Source of the DNA: Acutalibacteraceae bacterium
GTDB taxonomy: Bacteria; Bacillota; Clostridia; Oscillospirales; Acutalibacteraceae
Direction of reading: 5' to 3'
Length of the DNA: 64,000 nt
NCBI GenBank assembly: GCA_045534165.1
Contig: JAZSJD010000032.1
Location: forward strand, 2,942 to 66,941
Shown: one piece after another, positions 9,160-15,955 of the stretch
How the letters are laid out: each line of letters opens with the position of its first letter
Position numbering within the stretch: the first letter of the stretch is position 1
Notes under the pieces: model-generated
Database searches by the model: none
Seen by the model: the letters and a program-made list of their open reading frames with translations, nothing else
What the model was told of the DNA's origin: nothing
Program-made: the position numbers and the translations under genes

Positions 9160-10149
9160 ATGAACTATGCAATAATAGGAACAGGCTGGATAGCAAAAGC
9201 TTTTGCAGAGGGAATGAAGCTTGCAAGTGGCATTTCACCCTATGCAATTTACTCAAGAACAGAGGAAAAAGGGGCTGATTTTGCACGTCAGACAGGCGCT
9301 GAAAAGGTGTTTACAGACCTTGAAAAAATGGCTCTTTGCGAAGAAATAGATGCGGTGTATATTGCTTCACCCAATGCACTTCATTATGCTCAGAGCAAGC
9401 TTTTTCTTGAGGCAGGAAAACACGTTATCTGTGAAAAACCAATCACTGTTGAACCGGAAGAATTTGAAGAACTTTTTTCGCTTGCAAAGTCAAAAAAACT
9501 TGTCTATATGGAAGCGATAATGATGATGCATTTTGATGGCAGAAATGTTATAGAAAATGCACTGAAAAATATCGGAAAAATCACAACTGCCCGCATCGAT
9601 TTTTCACAACTTTCTTCAAAATATCCTGCACTTAAAAGGGGAGAAAATCCAAACATTTTTAATCCGGAATTTGCAACAGGTTGTCTGATGGATTTAGGTG
9701 TTTATAATATTTATTTTGCATTATATTTTTTCGGCAAACCGAATAAAATTATATCAACATCTTTTATGCTTGAAACAGGTGTTGACGGTGCCGGAACAGC
9801 AGTGTTTTATTATGACGATAAACAGGTGACTCTCACTTATTCAAAAGTGGGTCAATCCCGCACAGGTACTGAGGTTTACGGTGATAAAGGCACTCTTTTT
9901 ATAGAGTCGGTTTCCAAGCTGGTAAACGTTAAAATTTATGATAATGACGGTGTCTGCGAAGTGCTTTCGGGAGATACGGAAAAAGAAGAAGTTATGAGTG
10001 GTGAAGCAGGTGATTTTCTGCGTTATATTTCGGACTATGATAGGTACAAAAATGAGTATTTCAGGTGTGCTGAAATGTCACTTGAAGTAAGCAGAATCAT
10101 GAAAGAAATCCGTCAGCAGAATGACATAAAATATTCATCAAAAAAATGA
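9160..10149 (+). CDS. Gfo/Idh/MocA family oxidoreductase (second paralog)
   Basis: MNYAIIGTGWIAKAF Rossmann start and GKHVICEKP motif. An AAAGAGGA RBS lies about 9 nt upstream of ATG 9160. Confidence 0.85.
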   Translation: MNYAIIGTGWIAKAFAEGMKLASGISPYAIYSRTEEKGADFARQTGAEKVFTDLEKMALCEEIDAVYIASPNALHYAQSKLFLEAGKHVICEKPITVEPEEFEELFSLAKSKKLVYMEAIMMMHFDGRNVIENALKNIGKITTARIDFSQLSSKYPALKRGENPNIFNPEFATGCLMDLGVYNIYFALYFFGKPNKIISTSFMLETGVDGAGTAVFYYDDKQVTLTYSKVGQSRTGTEVYGDKGTLFIESVSKLVNVKIYDNDGVCEVLSGDTEKEEVMSGEAGDFLRYISDYDRYKNEYFRCAEMSLEVSRIMKEIRQQNDIKYSSKK

Positions 10150-10271
10150 GTAAAAATAATTAAAAACTGAAGAATTTTAATGCACTTTTTTGAGGAAATT
10201 TTCGAAAATTCTTACACAAAAAATGGTCAGAATTTTTGTTGAAAATTTATGAAGAAGAGTGCATTTTTTTG

Positions 10272-10300
10272 TTGACATCTTGACAAAAAAGTGATACAAT
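10272..10300 (+). promoter_or_regulatory. near-consensus sigma-A promoter with extended -10
   Basis: TTGACA (10272-10277), a 17-nt spacer, then TGaTACAAT (10292-10300). A second TTGACA lies at 10280-10285. The ORF-track GTG start at 10291 lies inside the -10 element and is therefore unlikely to be used. Confidence 0.6.
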
Positions 10301-10407
10301 ACAATAGATATAATAGAGTTAGTGGGAGTATGTCTATTTTTAAATTTCCAATAGAGAAAAATAACCACAAATTCTACCTGAAATCCTGCAATATGGAGCG
10401 TGCTATT

Positions 10408-11175
10408 ATGGCTGAAGAAATCAGAGAAACTGAAGAAAAAAAAGAAACTATAAAGATTCCGAGAACACGTACAATGGAAATTCTGTATAAGCCTGTTTTC
10501 GATGTAGGCCTTAACATGGCGGTTGATTATTACACCCGTGTTCAGCTTATTGACTATAAAGTAGGCATTATTCAGCCTGAAACTTACATCCCGGTGGCTG
10601 AAAAATCAAATCAGATTGCCGAAATCGGCAAATGGACCATCGAAGAGTCTTGTGAAGCAATACTGAGAACTCAGGCTCGTGGTGCTGACATCCACAGCGT
10701 AATTCTCTGGACTTCTTTGAAACACCTTAATAAAAAGAATTTCGTCAAATCAATGACGAGTATCGTTGACAAGAAAGATATTGATCACGACAAATTCTGT
10801 TTCCAGATTACAGATCACATTCTTCAGGCAGACAGTGAAATCATTGCGAAGAATATTATTGATTTACGTAATGAAGGCTTCCGTGTAGCAATTGATGATT
10901 TCGGAGTTGAATATACTTCGCTTTCAAACCTCGGTCAATATGAGGTTGACTACATCGGTATCGACGGTTCACTTGCACGCGACATTGAAATCAACGAACG
11001 TCAGCAGAATATGCTCCAGGGTATTATCGACTTCGCGAAAAAAATAGAAACTAAGGTTATGGTTTCGGGAGTTGAAACTCAGGAGAGAGCTGATCTTCTC
11101 AAATCAATGGGTGTTGACAGAATGTCAGGTCCTCTTTACGGCGACTTTGTAAAAGAAAAAGAAATTACTATATAA
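10408..11175 (+). CDS. stand-alone EAL-domain protein with degenerate catalytic motifs (candidate c-di-GMP sensor rather than phosphodiesterase)
   Basis: EAL-fold landmarks are present: YKPVFD (QPI-type start), VAIDDFG (DDFG), DYIGIDGS, SGVETQE and PLYGDF. By-eye alignment gives YTR instead of EAL-R, QITD instead of ExxE and GID instead of KxD. GGAG lies 9 nt before ATG 10408; ATG 10393 is an alternative start. Confidence 0.72.
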   Translation: MAEEIRETEEKKETIKIPRTRTMEILYKPVFDVGLNMAVDYYTRVQLIDYKVGIIQPETYIPVAEKSNQIAEIGKWTIEESCEAILRTQARGADIHSVILWTSLKHLNKKNFVKSMTSIVDKKDIDHDKFCFQITDHILQADSEIIAKNIIDLRNEGFRVAIDDFGVEYTSLSNLGQYEVDYIGIDGSLARDIEINERQQNMLQGIIDFAKKIETKVMVSGVETQERADLLKSMGVDRMSGPLYGDFVKEKEITI

Positions 11176-11206
11176 GTAGCACTACCCTGAAAAGGAGTTG
11201 GATATT

Positions 11207-12079
11207 TTGGCTAAGAAAGAAAAGATGCCGAAGGATACATACAATCCTGAAATGGAAAAGTATGGTGTCCGTACTACGGCAAAGAAAGTAAGAAAACATA
11301 AGCTGCTTCTGAGAATAACGGTTATTATTCTTGCTTTGTTGCTTCTGTTCCTTGCGATTTTCTTCGGATGTATAACTTATGCAAAACAGGCAGGTCGATT
11401 TACAGTTAACCTTGACCCTGATGCAATTGAAAAATATGGTATTACACTCTGTGAAAGTTATGATCAGGCCTATGGTTTAGGTGCATGGGCAAACGGTGGC
11501 ACAGGACCGGACGGAAAACCAACCGCTGACAGTAACTATGAATCAGGCGTTTTAATCCGCGGTGCAGCCGTTGAAAATATGGATAACATTACGGAAGAAT
11601 GGTTGCCGGAAGATGTTGACAGCGGTAATCATTCAGGCAGTCACCATGGTGATGCAAACAAAGATGGTGAAATTGACTACATAGCATATACCTTCTATCT
11701 CAAAAATGTAGGTAGAGAGGATGCAGACTATAATGTTTCAATTGATGTCCTTTCAGTAGACCTTGGTGCTGACGAAGCAGTCAGAGTAAAGGTTTACAGA
11801 AACGGTGAACCGATTACTTACGGTAAAAAACCTGTCAAGGGTACCGAAAAAGATAAATATGCAAAATTTGGTATTGACCAGTTCTTTGTTAAAGAAGACA
11901 AGGTTATGGATAGAAAGATAACCAATTTTAAAACAGGCTCGGTTGACAAATATACAGTTGTTATCTGGCTTGAAGGATGGGATCCTGAATGTGTTGATAA
12001 TATTATGGGAGGAGAGGTTAAGCTGTCTATGATGTTCCATATTATAGACAAAGAAGCCGAAAACGGGGAGCTTGTTTAG
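11207..12079 (+). CDS. P1: single-pass membrane protein with a C-terminal domain paralogous to P2 (possible fibre base/anchor subunit)
   Basis: A basic cytoplasmic N-terminus is followed by the TM helix LLLRITVIILALLLLFLAIFFGCITYA. The C-terminal motif VVIWLEGWDPECVDNIMGGEVKLSMMF parallels YLWLEGNDADCSMLEFDVAGEDVKFAMTL of the next gene. The start is ambiguous: TTG 11198, TTG 11207 (9 nt after AAAGGAG) or ATG 11225. Confidence 0.6.
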   Translation: MAKKEKMPKDTYNPEMEKYGVRTTAKKVRKHKLLLRITVIILALLLLFLAIFFGCITYAKQAGRFTVNLDPDAIEKYGITLCESYDQAYGLGAWANGGTGPDGKPTADSNYESGVLIRGAAVENMDNITEEWLPEDVDSGNHSGSHHGDANKDGEIDYIAYTFYLKNVGREDADYNVSIDVLSVDLGADEAVRVKVYRNGEPITYGKKPVKGTEKDKYAKFGIDQFFVKEDKVMDRKITNFKTGSVDKYTVVIWLEGWDPECVDNIMGGEVKLSMMFHIIDKEAENGELV

Positions 12080-12223
12080 GAAAAAAGTGAACAACGCACT
12101 TTCTTAAATTAAGCAAGTTCCTTAAGTAACTTTTCTCCCCTTAAAATTTATCAACACATATTGGATATAAATTAAAAAAATGAAAGTAAAACTTTCAAAA
12201 AAATTTTTATGGAGGAATTATTC

Positions 12224-13039
12224 ATGAAAAAGACAATGAGAAAAAGTGCATTGCTTTCTTCAGTAGCAATGCTCATCGTATCAGCTATCGTTCTTACATC
12301 AGCTACTTATGCATGGTTCTCATCATCAAAAGTTGTTGCTGTTGAAGAACTCGAAGCAAGCGTTAAAGTTTCCACTGGTCTCCTTATCTCAGTTGATAAG
12401 GGTGGCGAATGGGGCACACAGGTAGACTTCGCAGATGCAGTTGCTGTTAAAGACGGTTGGGGTGCTGGTTATCAGAGAGATATGGTATTTGATCCCGCAT
12501 CATCAGAAGATGCTTCAAACTGGATTACAGCTATCTATGACGAAGATACAAAAACTCTCGGCACATCACCTGCAGTAGTAGGTACAAACGTTGTTGCAGT
12601 TCCCCTTTGGGTAACAGGTCCTGTTGGCGAAACAGTTAAAGCTGTTGTTAACTTCGACGGTACAGACTCACAGGCAGCAAAATGTATGAAGTTTGCTCTT
12701 GTTCCCGCATCAGGCGATGCTGGTGACGTTATCGGTACATACGATAAAGCTGTTGCAGCTGAAGCTAATGCTGATAACACATTCATGGGCGTTTCAGCAG
12801 CAGGTTCATCAACAGCAACAGATGGCGCTTATGTAACAGACGGTGGTAAAAACATTTCTGAAGTTGCAGCAGACGGTGGTATCACATTCACAATCGCTGA
12901 AGGCACAACAACAGACGCTCCTATGATGTTTGTTGCATACCTCTGGCTCGAAGGTAACGACGCTGACTGTAGCATGCTTGAATTTGATGTTGCAGGTGAA
13001 GACGTTAAATTCGCTATGACACTTAACATCGTAGAATAA
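12224..13039 (+). CDS. P2: secreted TasA/camelysin-like protein with SipW-cognate-type signal peptide; candidate major fibre subunit
   Basis: The signal MKKTMRKSALLSSVAMLIVSAIVLTSATYA|WFSSSK resembles the TasA/CalY GTWA|AF-type junction. Composition is A/G/V/T/D-rich, with strong use of C-ending NNY codons (ttc, aac, gac, atc, tac). GGAGG RBS before ATG 12224. A 288-nt hairpin-containing spacer follows. Confidence 0.7.
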   Translation: MKKTMRKSALLSSVAMLIVSAIVLTSATYAWFSSSKVVAVEELEASVKVSTGLLISVDKGGEWGTQVDFADAVAVKDGWGAGYQRDMVFDPASSEDASNWITAIYDEDTKTLGTSPAVVGTNVVAVPLWVTGPVGETVKAVVNFDGTDSQAAKCMKFALVPASGDAGDVIGTYDKAVAAEANADNTFMGVSAAGSSTATDGAYVTDGGKNISEVAADGGITFTIAEGTTTDAPMMFVAYLWLEGNDADCSMLEFDVAGEDVKFAMTLNIVE

Positions 13040-13106
13040 TTAATTTGAATCAATTATATTTTAGTGATTGTTCAACTTTAGAGTTATAAACATAGCTCGT
13101 TAAATC

Positions 13107-13130
13107 GTTTCAAATATCGGCTTTTGAAAC
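13107..13130 (+). terminator. weak hairpin downstream of P2 (possible attenuator)
   Basis: GTTTCAAA / TTTGAAAC 8-bp stem with an 8-nt loop. A second short GC stem, GGCGG..CCGCC, lies at about 13157-13173 and is followed by GTGTGTTT. Neither hairpin has a strong U-tract. Confidence 0.3.
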
Positions 13131-13327
13131 AGCTTAAAACTTAAAAAACATAGCCTGGCGGGGTTTAACCGCCTCGCCGGGTGTGTTTCCTCTGACAAAC
13201 GAAATAATGTAACCATTAAATCAAACGTTAAGTTTTTAATATAGATATAAGTTAAATTTGAAAATAAAAGAGAAATCTTTTGATATATATATGATTAAAA
13301 ATATGAAAATAAAGGTGGGCCCTAATT

Positions 13328-14290
13328 ATGGCGGAAGAAAAAAAATCAAATAAAGTGTTAGAAACCATAGGTGACGTAGTTACTGCGATAATACTTGTTT
13401 TTTCAGTTATTTTCACCATTTTGACTTTTATGTCAGCAAACTCGGAAAACGGTTTGCCCAATGTGGCAGGTTATTCATTGTTCTCAGTTCAGTCAGATTC
13501 AATGGAACCGGTTTTCTACACAGGCGACTTGCTTGTTATCAAAGAATATAAAGGTGAAGACCTGAATCCGGGCGATATTATTTCTTTCAGAACAATTGAA
13601 CAGGGTCAGTACATTATCAATACCCATAGAATTGTAGAAGCTCATGAGATTGATAACATCAAAACTTACACCACACGAGGCGATAACACACCCGCAAACG
13701 ACCAGACAGACGTTGTTGAAAGTGAAATTGTCGGTGTTTATGCATATAATGCAGACAAGAAAGAAGTTGTCAATAAAGAAACAGGTAAAAAGGAATTTGT
13801 TGATAAAGGCGTCAGAGTCAAAGGTCTCGGTAAAGTAATTGACTTCGTTAAGGGCTCAGGTGAAACCGGTGAAAAGTGGTCATGGACTATTGGCGAAGGC
13901 ACAGATGATGAAAGAAGACTTAACCTTTCATTCCTCTTGTTTATTATTCTTCCTCTTGCTCTTATCTTCATCTTCCAGATTTATAAGTTCATTACTGCTC
14001 TTAATGAATCTAAGAAAGAGAAGTATATGGAAGAAGCTGCTAATAATGCAGAACTTCAGGAACAGATAAAACAAAAGGCAATTGAAGAATATTTAGCAAA
14101 ACAAGCTGCTGTATCTGCAGAAGCACAAAAAGAAAGCGAAGCAGAGAAAACGGTCGAAGCAGAAAAAACGGTCGAAGCTGAAGAAACAGTTGAAGCTGAA
14201 GAATCCGGCGAAACCGAAGAAGTGGCTGAAGAACCTGCTGAAACAACAGAAGAAGCTGTTGAAGAAGCAGAAAATAAAGAAGAAAACTAA
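13328..14290 (+). CDS. SPase-1: SipW-like (archaeal/ER-type, Ser/His) signal peptidase I with an internal insertion and a long acidic C-terminal tail
   Basis: N-terminal TM helix, catalytic Ser box SVQSDSMEPVFYTGDLL, His box NTHRIVE and TRGDNTPANDQ box. An insertion of about 60 aa precedes the C-terminal TM helix LSFLLFIILPLALIFIFQIY. The tail of about 100 aa is E/A/T-rich with EAEKTVEAEKTVEAEETVEAEE repeats. At 320 aa it is much longer than the ~170-190 aa of the other three paralogs. Confidence 0.8.
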   Translation: MAEEKKSNKVLETIGDVVTAIILVFSVIFTILTFMSANSENGLPNVAGYSLFSVQSDSMEPVFYTGDLLVIKEYKGEDLNPGDIISFRTIEQGQYIINTHRIVEAHEIDNIKTYTTRGDNTPANDQTDVVESEIVGVYAYNADKKEVVNKETGKKEFVDKGVRVKGLGKVIDFVKGSGETGEKWSWTIGEGTDDERRLNLSFLLFIILPLALIFIFQIYKFITALNESKKEKYMEEAANNAELQEQIKQKAIEEYLAKQAAVSAEAQKESEAEKTVEAEKTVEAEETVEAEESGETEEVAEEPAETTEEAVEEAENKEEN

Positions 14291-14360
14291 ATCCGAACGG
14301 ATATTATATATAAATAGAAAGCAAAAATAATGATTTTTTAAATATTACGAGGTGACGAAA

Positions 14361-15902
14361 ATGAGCATACTGTTGAACTTCATTTATGATTTTTTAGGAC
14401 AGTTCTTTGTAAGCGGTTTTTGGGGAATACTTAAAGGTATCGGTCAAGGTATCATAAATATCTTCAATATACCCAAATACATAGAAATCTTCAAAAAATA
14501 TTCATCTAACTTTGGTGTAGGTGAATGGATTCTGGCAATTGTGTGTGTTCTTTTAATACTCATTGCTCTTGCAGCAATTGTATTTGTTGCATTGCTCCTT
14601 ATCAGAAAATACGTGAAAGTACGTAAAACACTTGTTGACCAGGAAGAGCTTCTCAATGAGGTTGGTAATCTTAATCGTGAAGTTATCAAACTTAATATGG
14701 AAAAGCAGAAAATCCTTGCTATGAAAGTTTCACAGCTCGGTCTCAGACCTGATGAAGATCCTTATGAGGATATAGAAGAGAAAAAAGAAGAGGAAGCAGA
14801 AGTGGACAAAACTGCTGAAGACTACAGCCGTTTCTACAAGCTTACTCAGGTTGACCTTGCAATGAAGGATTATGTTCAGCATGATTTCGATAACGATATC
14901 ACTCTTCCCGAATTCTGTGAACGTTTCCGTAACTTTGCTTGTAGCAGACTTGGTCTTTTTTATGAAATTGACACTCTTCGTCTTTTCATTTCCGGTTTTG
15001 CAGCAGCAAGACTTATCATCCTTCAGGGTATTTCCGGTACAGGTAAAACTTCACTTCCCTATGCTTTCGGTAAATTTGTTCAGAACGATGTAACTATCGC
15101 TTCTGTTCAGCCTTCATGGCGTGACCGTACTGAACTTTTCGGTTACTTCAACGAATTTACAAAGCGTTTCAACGAAACTGAAGTTCTTAAGAAAATGTAT
15201 GAAGCATGTTTCATGGAAGACGTTTCAGTTGTTATCCTGGACGAAATGAATATCGCTCGTGTTGAATACTACTTCGCTGAGCTCCTTTCAATCCTCGAAA
15301 TGCCATCTCGTGATGAATGGGTTGTTTCACTTGTTCCCACAGTGTGGCCTACTGACCCTGAACTCTTCTTCGATGGTAAATTCAGACTTCCTCCCAATAT
15401 GTGGTATGTCGGCACAATCAATAACGACGACTCTACTTTCGCTGTTACTGATAAGGTTTATGACCGTGCTATTCCCATTGATATCAATACAAAAGGTAAA
15501 TACTTTGAAGCACCTCTTACAGATCCTCTCTATCTCAACTACAAACATCTTGAAGCACTCTTTGATGAGGCTAAAGAAAAATATCCTGTTTCAGAAGATC
15601 CTCTCAAGAAGTTTGCTGAACTTGACGACTATGTTATCGAACACTTCCGTATAGCTTTCGGTAACCGTATTCTTAAACAACTTAAAGACTTTGTTCCTGT
15701 TTACGTTGGCTGTGGCGGTAAGGAAATCGACGGTATCGACTTCATCCTTGCTCACAAAATTCTTCGTAAATTCGAAAGCCTTAACGTTTCTTACATCCGT
15801 AACGAAATCGGCGGTCTTATTACTTACCTTAACAAAAACTTCGGTAAAAATAATATGAAGGATTCTAAGGATTACCTTGAAAGACTTCAGAAGCTTATGT
15901 AA
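14361..15902 (+). CDS. membrane-anchored McrB-like AAA+ (AAA_5) GTPase/ATPase
   Basis: Hydrophobic N-terminus including WILAIVCVLLILIALAAIVFVALLLI, then a coiled-coil segment. Walker A is LQGISGTGKTS. Walker B plus the following helix, VVILDEMNIARVEYYFAELLSILE, resembles McrB DEINRAN..FGE. GTINNDDSTFAVTDKVYDRA resembles the McrB MNTADRS..D.AL.RRF signature. GAGGTGA RBS before ATG 14361. Confidence 0.75.
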   Translation: MSILLNFIYDFLGQFFVSGFWGILKGIGQGIINIFNIPKYIEIFKKYSSNFGVGEWILAIVCVLLILIALAAIVFVALLLIRKYVKVRKTLVDQEELLNEVGNLNREVIKLNMEKQKILAMKVSQLGLRPDEDPYEDIEEKKEEEAEVDKTAEDYSRFYKLTQVDLAMKDYVQHDFDNDITLPEFCERFRNFACSRLGLFYEIDTLRLFISGFAAARLIILQGISGTGKTSLPYAFGKFVQNDVTIASVQPSWRDRTELFGYFNEFTKRFNETEVLKKMYEACFMEDVSVVILDEMNIARVEYYFAELLSILEMPSRDEWVVSLVPTVWPTDPELFFDGKFRLPPNMWYVGTINNDDSTFAVTDKVYDRAIPIDINTKGKYFEAPLTDPLYLNYKHLEALFDEAKEKYPVSEDPLKKFAELDDYVIEHFRIAFGNRILKQLKDFVPVYVGCGGKEIDGIDFILAHKILRKFESLNVSYIRNEIGGLITYLNKNFGKNNMKDSKDYLERLQKLM

Positions 15903-15955
15903 TTTATTAAGCTTCATAGCACAACTAATCTTCACACAAAAGGGGACGTTCTCAG

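Noticed and set aside
10179-10265. The 8-bp inverted repeat AATGCACT / AGTGCATT, followed by a T-run, was considered as the terminator of the second oxidoreductase gene.
   Set aside because: The arms are about 70 nt apart, too large a loop for an intrinsic terminator, so the pairing may be fortuitous. No confident terminator is called after 10149.
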